Positions 52,086 through 64,000 of a stretch of 64,000 nucleotides of DNA are shown here, one piece after another. How positions within the stretch are numbered: position 1 is the first letter of the stretch; every line of letters begins with the position of its first letter. The stretch is from Thalia democratica (lineage: Eukaryota), in NCBI GenBank assembly GCA_965202585.1, contig OZ241831.1:65162001-65226000 (forward strand). The letters are read 5' to 3'. Below the pieces are notes generated by a model, which was not told the origin of the DNA, made no database searches, and saw only the letters and a list, made by a program, of their open reading frames with translations. Position numbers and translations under genes: made by a program.

Positions 52086-53480
52086 TACACCAGATACTTA
52101 TAAAAAACTGTTAGCGTTTTTGTTTAGTGGTCTTTAAATTTACTTTTATAACGCTTTTTTAACTTATACTTCTGTTTAATGTAAAATGATTACATGAATT
52201 TGTGCTAAGGTAGTTCAAACGAAAAGGTTAAATATAAACGGATATAAACAGAGTTGCAACTGGTTTTTCGAATTGATTTTGAGGTATTCTGGACTTCTTC
52301 TAAGTTTTTCAAAGTATACGTTTTAAGTTCTAGTTTTAGTTTAAAATCAAGTTTAAAGTAAAAAACCGTTTTAATTTTTGAAAAAACATTGAAAAGATAG
52401 TGTAGAGCTACTTTAAAAGTGTTTTTTAATATCATATTTTTGATGAGGACAAAAAAATTTATGTTAAATTCTTTATTCGTGTGAAAGTTGTAAAAAATTC
52501 AAGGTATTTTAGTGATTTTTTAAAACTTCAAAGTTTCCAGAGTTTTAAAATAAAATTATCAATATCCAGGATTCCACGTTAAGTGCCCCTTCTGTTAGCA
52601 GTGTAAATCCTTGCTAAAGTTTTATTCTCTAAAAATTATTCAAAATAAAGCTGAAGAACTCATGTATACCATCAAAAAACTAGAGATAACCGAATTATTC
52701 TAAAATTATTACAACCTAGTAAATAAAAACCTTCATGTGTCTTAGTTATTAACTAGTATAAGAGAGGTTTAAAATTTTGAACAATTATGTGTAATAATTT
52801 TAGAATAAAATAAAGACACTTGCTTTTATTCTTATTTATCTAGTTAGGGACTTCTTAAGAATGTTTTGCTTACAGCAGAGCAATATATTTTATTAAAACC
52901 GAACTCTAGAAGTTCAATATTAGTTTTGCGGAAAATTATTCTTTTAGGAAATTGAGCGTTTATAATAAAGACAGGGCGTGTTTAGACTAATTTCTGGTGC
53001 AATCCCTGAAAATTCAATGAAAACGATGATTATTCAGATAATCTCATTTATCTTAATAAATCTCGCGTAAGCAATCTTTACTATTTTTTAAACTTGATTC
53101 TGACGAAATAAAAAAATTATAACTTTTAAGTGTCCGTCTTTGTAACAGGAAACTTATAAGTAATCTACGTCTTATATCTGAACTATTTAAAGCAGCTTAA
53201 TTTATTATTACTTTGTTCAAAACGTTATTCTATTTTTATATATTTAAAAAACTTCATCTATAACAAACATTTATTTAACTTCTGATAAAAAAAAGATTTA
53301 TATTTAAATTCTAGCATATGTTTTAAATTGTTATTTTCTTTTTGCTATTTGTTATTTTTATTTTATGCGGTCTTGATTCTTATATTAAAAAAGAACTGAT
53401 CATATATTTAAATTACTTAAAGACGGAATTTACAGAAGTATATAATTAAAGTTCTCAATTAAGAAATGATTTTTTTGATT
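52086..53480 (-). repeat. Inverted copy of the inter-gene spacer, with fold-back arms 51982-52045 / 52086-52156
   Basis: The reverse complement matches spacer blocks at ~39475-39640, ~39070-39470 and ~8350-8450. The left arm aagcgttataaaagta..gctaacagttttttttataagtatgtggtgta pairs with tacaccagatacttataaaaaactgttagc..tacttttataacgctt. The right boundary is approximate. Confidence 0.85.
52249..52594. mobile_element. Same MITE-like family, inside the inverted spacer copy
   Basis: The reverse complement begins cagaaggggcacttaac and ends gaaaaaccagttgcaactctg, matching both ends of the 19656 copy. Confidence 0.55.
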
Positions 53481-54536
53481 AGATCATTTAGTACATTTAA
53501 AAGTTTTAAGTTTCGTTTTTCTTTAATTTTAATATTTTTATATATTTATATAAATAAATTATAAAAAAATTACTCATTTAATAATAATATTTTGTAGCAA
53601 ATTTTAAACTTAAATTCACTTAACTTAAAATTGAAAAGTTAAATACTAAGCAATTTTTTTAATTTTAAATCCAAACTTAAACAGCAGTGCGAACTCAATA
53701 TTTGCAAACTTAACCGACTGTGCGAACTCAAAAAACGCAATCCTAACTGATAGACTTCTGCATTTGAAAATTTTAAGTATGAACAAAAAACTGCAAGCAA
53801 CTTTTAAATCAGCTATAAAATGATATCGGAATTTGTACTTTTAAATCGCAAGAATTATTATTTTAGTATTTTAGTATAAAGAAGTTAATTTCAGTAAACT
53901 GAAAGTTTATAAGAATAGCACTAAAGTATAGCGTTTTATTTGTAGACTAATTCATTTACTGAAATTCAAAGAAAACCAAACTTAGCTCTTGGGCGATACT
54001 TAACGGTTAAAAATTTGTATATGTCAATTTTCCTATAGAAGTTTAATGAGGGCAAAAATAGCCGAAAAATTCTGGCAACTATGGTGTAAACAAATTAAAT
54101 AAAATCATAAGTTAACAACTTTTTCTTACATCTCTACTCTCTGGCCAATACCAGTTCTAGAAAGTTTTCCTTGAAATTTCCTTAACAATTTAATAAAATT
54201 CACTGGCTGTTCCATTTAGTTGAATACTAAATTGAAAGAAAGTAAAAAGATGAGAGAAAATGATTTTTATATAACTTTTCTTAAGCTATGTTCAGCTATA
54301 TGTATACTAAATATGACTAATGACGTCACCATCTTATTGCTGTTAACAGGTATTCTATTATAGTTTGTTCTTGTTTTAGTAAAGTTTGTTTTGTTTAACT
54401 GTTTTATATGAAGTGTTGTATTTAAGAATTAGTCCTTTTCATAAGTATTTTATTATTTTAGTTTAAAACAGATAATTCTCTTTCTAATTTAAACTTTCTA
54501 AAAGTATGAATATTTTACATATGTATTTTGTTTAAA

Positions 54537-56421
54537 GTGGTAAACTAACGGATCTAAGATCTGGATCCGGATCCGGCCGGACCTTGCAATTTTTTGTTTG
54601 GTTCTTGAAGCGGTCGGATCTTAATTTTTAAAAAAGATCTGGATCCTAGATGAGATTTTGCCGAATCCAGATCTAGTAAGTTTAAAAAAGCTTTATTTAC
54701 TTTGATCAGCTCCTTTTATTTTTGTATACTTAGATTTTTGTGTTTTGAATGTTTAATATTTATCAATTTAGTCAAGCGAATAAGACTTCTTAAAGTTAAG
54801 CTAATTCAATCTTATGTTGTAAACATACAAGTACATACATTGATTAGAGTAGAAAAAGTCAGTTGTTAATTATAGTTTTTCGCAGATTAAATTCTTCTAA
54901 TGACTATATAATTTAGTATGTAGTTGAGTCTTTAATTAAGTTCTATTTAGAAACTTTTAATATTTTGTTTTTTGATATATAAAACATATATTTTAGTTTT
55001 AATGTAATTGAATTTGTTTAAAGTATTTACATTGTTAATTGAACTAATTTAATATCATTTGAATATATTAAATAATGTAAAACTTTGCAAATAAAGCTTA
55101 CTCAATTTTCTGTTACTAAAATTTTTGCAGCTATTGTTTACTTTGATTTTGTTTTTTCACTTGATAATTTTTTTTTTACCAGCCCTGTCATAGATGAATA
55201 GTAAGATTAAAAAATTTTTCTGTAAAAAGTTTTAAACTTGTTTGTACAACTGCTGCCTCTTAAAATTTTATCAACCTAATGTATTAAAAACTTTATTCTC
55301 TATATACTTATAAAATAGTTTATTAAGGATAATGTTTATATTAAACAAGAATGGCAGCTACAAACTCAGCCTACAAAGTAAACATAGGATAAGTATGAAG
55401 TTTTTTTTTTATTTTTTTTAATATTTTAGATAACTCAAGGCACTAATGCTTACATTATTTTTTTTATAACTAGTGCTGAACAAGTTTTTTATAAAAAATA
55501 TCTAGATAGTTTTAGAGTTTTTTTAAACTTCATAACTGTTTTTTTAGATATTAAATAAGAATAAATGAATCAAAAGCAATACTTGTTATTACTTGTTTTG
55601 TTTTATATAACCGTACTTTAAAGAAAAACTTGATTATAAAAGTGAATTAAATTTTCTAGTATCCCTCTGCCATTCTATTTTTACACTTTGACAAATTATC
55701 GCAACATTAGTTTAATTAACATCAAATTTAGCAGAGTTTAAATATTTTTATTAAGAAGCCAAGTTTATAAGGTATGGTATATAGAAAAAGGTATTTTTTA
55801 GGATATTTAAACCAGAAAAACTCAGGCTAGTTTTAGGTTACAAAGTAAAGTTTGCAGTTTTTCAGGACAGCTTTATAGTTTATGCATGGTGGCCATATAA
55901 CCAGTAAACCTGACATTTAAAAAACTAAATATAAAATTCTGCAAAAACTAAGCATTTTTTATCAATTGTCAAAAATTTAGAAATTAAAAAAAATTATGTG
56001 ATAGACTGTAGTTTTTAACTATTTGAATATCAGTGTGACTACTTTTTAGAAAGTTTCAAATTTTTTTAAGAAATATTTAAAAATTTAGGAACTTAAAAAA
56101 GTTTAATCTCCAGATTTTCTAGACATGTTTTATTAATACTTAACTTAATTTGCAATATTAATTTTTCACTGATAAAATTTAACTGTTGTTATAAACTAAT
56201 TTCATATAAAAACTTTATAAAATATAAGCTTAATACATACCTATGCAAAAGAAATTTAAGTAGTATATTTTATATTAACCAACAACAAACATTCAATTTA
56301 AAGCATTAAGGATCCGACCGGGTCCAAATTTAAAAATAATATTCAAACCTGGCTTTTTCTTGAATTAAAAAAAAAGAACGGAATCTGGATCCGACTAAAT
56401 AGTGGATCCAGTAAATCATTA
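54537..56421. mobile_element. Putative ~1.9-kb non-autonomous DNA transposon with GGATCC-rich subterminal repeats (hAT-like)
   Basis: Clusters of GGATCC/GGATCT/CCGGAT occur only at 54550-54675 and 56310-56410 in otherwise AT-rich DNA. The termini are weakly inverted, gtttaaa flanks both sides, and no transposase ORF was seen. Confidence 0.5.
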
Positions 56422-58244
56422 GTTTAAAAGTTTTAACGACATTTGAGGTATTTCTGAAGCATAAAGTTTTTTATACTCTACTTGGTTCTTTATATAATTG
56501 TTAGTGTTACATTTGTTCTTTAAAACAAAATGTTCAATCTAGTCATTCCTAGTTTAAAAAATGGATAGAATATATTAGCTTTCTTAAAGACTACTTAGTT
56601 ACAATAATGTTAAAGTTTTATTATGGTTTAGGGTTTGAGTATGATATAAGCATCCATTAGGGTATTTATTATCTTTTAGTAGGGTAATAAACCACATTCC
56701 ATGTTGGCTATTATAAAAAAACGAAAAATAAGTTATAAGAAAATACTTTTTTTTTGTATAAAAAGTTCATTTTGGTATTTTTTGCCTAAAAAACATGTAA
56801 ATGCTTTCTTGTTTTTTCTTCTTGAACCTTATTATCAACTTAGTGCTTTTCTATTTCAAAGTACACCAATGCATTTAACTTGGTATTGCTCATCCTGCTT
56901 CTTAACCTGTTCTATTTTATTCAAAAAACAAAACTTTCATTTAGTATCTGCAGTTTACATAGGGATTTAAACTCTTTCGCCCATTTAAAAATATCTTCCC
57001 TCCCATCCCCTTCAACTAAAATCTTCCCAGGGTGCATTATTGCCAACTTCGGGAAACCCTGATCTAAACCTTCTTCCTTGAACTATTAAATTTCCAATGA
57101 TTCTTTAGGATAACTGTTTTTATGGTTCAAAGTATTATCCTAAGCTTACGAATATTAAGTATGGGAAAAACTTCAGAAATATCACTTAACAACTGAAATT
57201 TAGAACAACTCTCCAAAAAACCTTTTCTCTAACTCAAAAAAAAGTTTACTAGTAACTTCACGTGCTGTTTCCTGAGTTTCAAAAAAAAATACTAACTTTA
57301 ACGCCTTTAACATACTTTCTAATTCTCTGGAGCTTATGTTTTTAAATATTTTGCTTTCAGCTGACTCATTTAAACAAGATTAAAGTTTTAAAATGTTTTC
57401 GAAAAAATTAATACTTTTCTTATTTTGCCGACATTTTTTATAATAACTTTCTGCATTTTTCGGCATTGATAGTGTGTGTAGTTGGTCCTTCTATATAAAT
57501 GCTTAATTCTATATTGAACTCCTTTCTTCTTTATTTACATTACCTTGGTTCCCTTAACAGTTTTAGCGTCAAGTTTTTCCTGATTTTTCCTTTAGCACAA
57601 CCTTAAGCTTCTCTAATATACATTTAGAAATACAATTGTTTTGCAGTTACAGAATCTGTAAAACATAACCTAAAAACGCTCAACAACCTAACCAGCTAAC
57701 TTAATGTACCTAAAAACAAAACTAAGTTTGGCCACTTAAATCTTAGTTTCAAATATTATAACTGCTAAATATGTAGCGCATTTTATTTAAAACAACTTGC
57801 CTGCCGTAAGCCTAAAGTACACTTTATAAAATTTCTTAGGAGTTTAAAGGAAAGTGAGCTTACAAATTAGTCCTAAAAAACTTTTAAAATGGTTTTTAAG
57901 TATAAAGATATCATCTGCTGAAAGATCTAACATGTATAAAATTTAGTAGTCATTTTAGCTAACTAGACTATAGTTCAAGATTCTTAGATAGTTTACAATG
58001 GAAGAAAAATAAAAAAAAGACTATATATTTCAAAAAGTGATCACTTTTATTTTCTTTAATGTGTATTCCGCTTTATAAAAAGTTGAGCTTTGAGTTGTGG
58101 TAAATTTTTGTAAAAAAAGTTTAATTTCTCATTTGGCTATTAAAACTGACTTTAATAAAATAATTTACATAAGCCTACTAAAACTAAACTATCAAATTTG
58201 GTAAACTAAATTTAATTTTAACGGTTAAAATGTATTTAAGTACA

Positions 58245-58584
58245 TAGGGTTGCTATACCACTAGTTTAGTTAAAATAAAACTGTCCTGAGCGACATATAA
58301 CTGACTGATTCATCTTTTGTGTTTTTTAAATCTTAACGAAAGCTTTTAGAAATAATAAAAATCTAGTTTTTTAACAAAAGAGGTTAAATATTTACAACTT
58401 ATTAAAACTAAACCAACAAAATCTCGTTTTAAATCTAAAAACAATTCTGTTTTGAAATTATAAAATACCTAAAAATATCCTGAGCTTAACATAGAAAAAA
58501 AAACTATCCTGAGTCAGGCTGAGTTTAAAAAAACAATATTTAAAATATCCTAGAGTTATCAAAAGTAGTTTTGTGGCAACCATG
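58245..58584. mobile_element. Putative MITE with AGGGTTGCCA-type termini
   Basis: Left tagggttgcta, right tggcaaccatg, internal tcctgag repeats. No clear TSD. Confidence 0.45.
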
Positions 58585-58589
58585 TAGAA

Positions 58590-58939
58590 CAGGGGTCGGC
58601 AGCCTTAAGTAACTTGCGGGCCAATTTTACTAGGAAAAATAGCTCGCGGGCCGCACTATTTAGAAATAAACCTTTAAAGGCCACATTTATTTAAAAAATA
58701 TTCTAGTAATCAGCATAAAAATATTATTTAAGATCAAAAATACGGTAAATTAAGCAACATTAGGGCACTAATAAAGATAGTTTATTGAATTAAGAGCCTA
58801 ACAGTAAGTTTTTATTACGAAATCTTTAATTTTTATTGTTTTTAAATTATATAACTTTGGCTAAAAATGAGCTCGCGGGCCGCAGATTTTGACATAAAGG
58901 GCCGCATTTGGCCCACGGGCCGCAGTTTGCCGACCGCTG
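58590..58939. mobile_element. 350-bp hAT-family MITE
   Basis: TIRs caggggtcggca / tgccgaccgctg (11/12 match), 8-bp TSD atgtagaa / atgtaaaa (7/8 match), and repeated subterminal gcgggccgca motifs at both ends. Confidence 0.9.
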
Positions 58940-60397
58940 ATGTAAAATATAAATTTTTTAACGAAGCTAAAGACTGTAAAAAACAACTATACCTCAACAA
59001 TTATAAAGTCTTAAGAACAAAATGCAAATTGAATATTCTCAAATACTATACAAAAGAATCTACAACTTTTTTGTTTTATTTCCAAAAAAAAAACTATAGA
59101 GTTTTAAAACTTAGTTATACATGTTGCAAGCTTATCGTTTTTTTTCTTAATTTATTTAATCAAAAAAAGGTTTACATACTTAAATTTTCATAAAAAAAAA
59201 TTAAAATGATATGCTCAGTATTATAATTCATTTGTTGTATACTTGTCTATAACAGTGATTCAATTTTATAATTTACAACTCAGAAAATTTATTTTATTGC
59301 AATTAAATGTTGATGCTTTCTTGTTATTCAAATTGTTGCATATATACATTGTCTTTTTTTGCCTTTTTGTGACACAAAATAATGTAAATTTCCTAAAAAT
59401 CTTATTTATAAGTCGATACAAAAACTTCAATAAAACAGAAATCTCATTCACTTTTTACTTTTTTATTTTCTCACATTAAAAGTAATAACTTTAGATTTCA
59501 AAACGATTTCTATACAATGTTTTGCTTTTTTATATATGAAATCTGATCAACCAAATTGTATAAAATTTAATAGTATTCATTTTATTTATTTTTAATGGCG
59601 CTTTAAGTGCTAAAGAGTACCTATATGTAATAACTGTCTTTCAAGGTTGCAAAACTAGGTATTAATGTAACAAAAAGCTAAAACAACAGAATCTTTCAAA
59701 GCTGAACAATTGAAACAAAAATGATTTTTTTGCACAATAATATACATTTGTGCAGAAATGCAGCAACGTTCTAAACTACGCGTCTGGATGACATTTCATT
59801 TAAGTTTAATTATTATTTTTTTATATTACTATATACTTTAAGTTAGTATTTAATGTTAGTTTTTTTATTCGGATTAGTTTAGTTAATTTTATACATTTAT
59901 ACTCAACAGTTCTAAAACTTAATTATAGTTACATAAATGAACTGAATATTTTGTGTAATGAATTAGAATCAAAATAACAAATAGCTGTCGTTAACTAGCA
60001 TAATACTTATTTATATTATATATTAAGCTTAAGTTTTCATCTAATAACAGTTTATAGCTTAAAACTAATAAACTAACAAACTTAGTTTACATATTGAAAA
60101 TCTTACTATTAAATGCAAGTAGTGTTATAAAAAAAAGTTTCACGAAATGACATGTAAAATAGTTTACAATTAAAAATTAAATACATTATATTCTTAATGT
60201 TGTTTTTAATTTTAAGTATTTTACAAACATGTTCACAATAAAACATCATAATTAGCGTCAACTTTATATATTTACAACAAAACTTTAGTTCAGTAATGAG
60301 CAAAATAAAATATTTTTAATTAAACTTCAATAACTTAAGTAGAAAAAGTTTAGGTTTAAATAAAATACTAAATAAAAGATATTTATGATATAAAGAA

Positions 60398-62740
60398 ATG
60401 GGAAACTATTATTCACAACATTCACCATATTTACTCGAAGACAGTATAGAAAAAACACAAAGTTTAAAGCAAGTATTTAGAAAACACTTGAATAAATATC
60501 AAATTGGAAAGTCAGATCACGCAAATATTACTGCGGTGTTAAAAGCAGGTTGTGGACAGAATAACTTTAATGTTTCGTTTGATTTTCTTTACGAAAACTT
60601 TGGATACTTTAGAACAATAAAACATTTTAAGAACATCAAGAAAGGAACGTTTAACCTCACGAGTATATCTGATTTAACATTGCAAAACATGTTTAGTTTT
60701 TTAACTACAGGTAGTTGTTTTCTACTTTTTGAAACGCTTATATTTTAAATATTTTAAAATAAAAAGCAAATGTTAATGATCAAAAGGTTATAAAACATAT
60801 AGTTTTAAACATTACTGTATATTTTACTTTTATGTATTCCTACTAACCAAAAAACTTGAAGTATTTTTTTTTATATAATTCAAACAAAATAAGTAATAAC
60901 AGTAGTTAAATTTTTTAGAAGCGATTTTTACGATGTTATTTGTTAGTATTTAACAACACAAAATAAAATGTTTTCTAACTTAAGTTGAAATACTTGTTTA
61001 ATTTGTTTTATTTAACTAACATAAACAACAGAACTTAGCCAAAAACTATAAACTTACATATGAGAAAAAAAATACTTTTTTTCCTTATTAAAATGTATCT
61101 GTTCCTTATCTGGTAAAGTTTATATTTACATTTTATATAAGAAATTGTACAGTAATAATTATACAGTGTGATTTATAGAAAACTAATGTAGCTTTTTAAC
61201 TATAGGTAAATTAGAACTGAATCAAGCAAACATCATTGACTTATTAAAGGCAGAAGATTTACTTGGGGGTACAAAAGTTCAACAATATGTTTGCGAAGAA
61301 ATACTTACATTGGAAAACTACCATTTTTACTTTAAACTTTGTAAACTACTAAACCTCAGACACCTAAAAGAATACTTTTATAACATCTTCTTGCAGCATT
61401 ATCTTACAAAAATAGATGTAAAAACCTTTTATGAGCTGACTTATAAAGACATTGCTAATTTGATTGCTTCATCCCAGCTGAAAGTAGACTCAGAAATTGA
61501 AGTTTTCAATGCAGTGATAGATTGGATATCGTACAAAGAACGTGAACGTAAACAATTTATTCACGAACTTTTAAAACTAGTTCGATTACCTTTGTTAACA
61601 AAAGAAATAATAGTTGATGTTGTGCAAGCTCATCCTTTGTGCTCAAGCTCTTTTGAATGTAAAAATATAATTTTAAAGGCTCTAAAAGTCAAAGAAAACC
61701 ACCACATTTGCTCACCGAAAACATTGTTAGAAAATAGACACTACAGCAATATTATAAACAACAAAAGAGTAATGTTAATTGGCGGAAAAGATAGAGCTAC
61801 CAAAAATGTTAGAAAATTTTCTTGTTTGTACTACATAGACGGTATGAAAATGAAAAAGTATATGATAACAAGTGAAATGAACAAGCAAAGGTCAAGAAGC
61901 AGGGCTTTTGTTATTGGTACAAAAGTTTATTGTTTTTCAGGTGGCAGTGATTACACAAGCAAATTTCTTGATTTAAACTCTCTTGAAGTTTATTGCACAA
62001 AAAGTGATTGTTGGAAGTCACTGGCCCCCCTTAAAGGTGCGGGTTTCTCGCCAGGTTGTGATGACTTCTGTGGCTGCGCGTTTATGGGTAAAATATACAT
62101 AATTCACCATACTTATAATTTACACAAGCTATCGAACTGTTCGGTTTACGATCCCAGCAATGACCGATGGAATAAGCGAGCGAACTTGAATGTATCAAGG
62201 TTATTTGCATCTTGCACTGTGTTTAACGGTAAGTGTGTGGTAGTCGGCGGTAGAAAATTTAACAATATTAACGTAAACTTGAAAACAGTCGAAGCTTACG
62301 ACCACCATCTCAACAAATGGTCGTATTTGCCCGCTCAAACGCAAGTGAGTCGGTACAAATCGGGATTGATTTCGAAAGGAAACAAGATGTTTGTAATCAG
62401 TGGGGTGCAACGAGAATATTGTTTTTGGGGCGACCTAGTGACTCATGAAGTGTATGATTGCTCGACAAAGCAGTTTACTTTTATTGCAAACAACTATTTT
62501 ACAGAGCAATTTGCTTGGACTTATAGTTTTTATAACTCCGGTCGCCTTAAATGTTTGTACACCGTTGCTGACAAAATCTTTGTTTTCGATGATGTTTTCC
62601 CTTCGAATAATGACGGCAATTTAAAGATTCCTACTTATGACGTAACTAGAAATACGTGGTTTGAAACTTGCATAAAAACTTCAGTCATTGAAAACATTTC
62701 TGAGTATTCTTTTGTAGCCTTGCAAAAATATTTAATCTAA
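60398..62740 (+). CDS. BTB-BACK-Kelch (kelch-like) protein, two exons join(60398..60710,61206..62740), 615 aa
   Basis: A GT..AG intron 60711-61205 (actacag|gtagtt ... taactatag|gtaaa) joins the two ORFs in phase: FSFLTTG|KLELNQANIIDLLKAEDLL..YVCEE (BTB C-half). The BACK domain follows (LKVDSEIEVFNAVIDWI..ELLKLVRLPLL), then six kelch-like blades (e.g. KCVVVGG..EAYDHHLNKW). Total 1848 nt = 616 codons including the stop. Confidence 0.88.
60711..61205 (+). other. Predicted 495-bp phase-1 GT-AG intron of the kelch gene
   Basis: Canonical ends and AT-rich interior; removing it restores a continuous BTB domain in frame. Confidence 0.85.
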
Positions 62741-64000
62741 AAAGTTAGCAACCAACTGATTAATGTTTTTTTTTTACATAAAAAAGTATTTTAGTGACGA
62801 AAATTCTTAGTTTTTTATATTGTAATGAATGTTTCAGATTTAGTTAATTATCTTAACTGTAAGTTTTTTATTTACTCTTAAGTAGATTAAATTTATTATA
62901 CATGATATTTAACATATATATAATAGTCAGTTACTACAGTGGTTTTAAAAATATAAGCCCTACAAAAGGTCAACTTTAGAAAATAAAAACAAGTATGCTT
63001 AAATTTAAAAGCTTTTTTGAACAACTATATAACTTTAAAAACATTGTTTTAAATAGTAAGCATAAATTTAATATAGTCCTTAAAAATAAAGGAAAAGTTA
63101 TTAGGTTTTTTTTGATTTGAAAAAAAAAATTCTTGTCTTTAAAACGTTTTTGCTACAATGTAATTATATCATTTTACTAAATTTTATAAAAAATTCTTAG
63201 ATGGTTACATTTTTTTATTATTGAAACAATTTTTTATCCTTTTTAAATTAATTTTTGGCACTATAACATTTTTATAGGTTTAATGCATTCTGGTAAAAAC
63301 TATTTTATACAACAATTTTAGTTTTTGGGTTTTTTATAGTTTTTTGAAGTTTTTCAAAAGTTTGAAGTTTTCTGACAATTTTCCTTATATACTACCAGAA
63401 GTGTGATTAAAAGTTTTTATCTTCACTAAATATTTGGTAAAAACTAAATTTTATTCAACTTTAAAAGTTTTGTTGTTTAGTCAAGACATTGAGGAGTTTC
63501 ATATAGTTTCAAATAAAACTAAATTATTCGATAATATATCAAGTTGCAGTACTTTTCAGGAAACATTGTACTTTTTGTTATTTTGTAAAATAAATTTATG
63601 GTTGTCGTAAGTTTTATATGTATCTTACAATAGTAATCCTATTTTTAATTGTAGCCTAATCTGCTCGTACGACTAAAATTATTTTATATATGATTTTGAC
63701 TTTTAAAGTCAAACAAAAGCTTTTATGAGAGCGAATCAATTTGTGTCTTATTTAAAAATGAAAATCCGATTTTTTTAATAATAAGTTTTTGCCTAGTTTA
63801 GGTTAAAACTAGTACCATTAGATGGATGCGATGATTACTTATTATTAGTTATTAAGCTAATAATATATAATATAAGAATGTGTTGTATAGGTAGATGATT
63901 AAAATACTTTTTGTACACCTCGTACATTAGTAGTTTTACTGTTTTTTTAAATTTATGGTTGTCGTATGTTATAATATATGTTTCAATAGTTATCCTGTTT

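Noticed and set aside
58867-59479. ORFs 58867-59193, 59243-59479 and 59266-59451
   Set aside because: The first starts inside the hAT MITE. All are low-complexity K/F/L/N-rich with no domain signal.
63592-63997. ~45-bp direct repeat (taaatttatggttgtcgta) 357 bp apart, and a short palindrome tttgacttttaaagtcaaa
   Set aside because: Two copies cut by the window edge; cannot be assigned.

Overview
Very AT-rich animal genomic DNA; the taxon cannot be fixed from the sequence alone. Positions 1 to ~52000 hold a head-to-tail (+ strand) array of 15 loci of one C2H2 zinc-finger family. Six have intact ~240-aa ORFs, one has a TTG in place of its start codon, one is cut by the window edge, six are pseudogenes or truncated, and one is a tail-only remnant. 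Each complete copy has a coding region uninterrupted by introns, exactly seven fingers on a fixed scaffold with highly variable base-contacting residues, and a conserved ~35-aa non-finger C-terminal tail ([32 protein letters not shown]). The copies sit in duplicated, homologous spacers that carry MITEs, a decayed LINE and a recent ~590-bp tandem duplication. The array ends in a fold-back inverted duplication at ~52 kb. A region rich in DNA-transposon remnants follows, then a two-exon BTB-BACK-Kelch gene (join 60398..60710, 61206..62740; 615 aa). The best candidate for an undescribed system is the diversifying zinc-finger cluster with a putative C-terminal effector tail, analogous in logic to KRAB-ZF clusters. 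Its function is inference only. All alignments were made by eye; no database searches or statistics were run.
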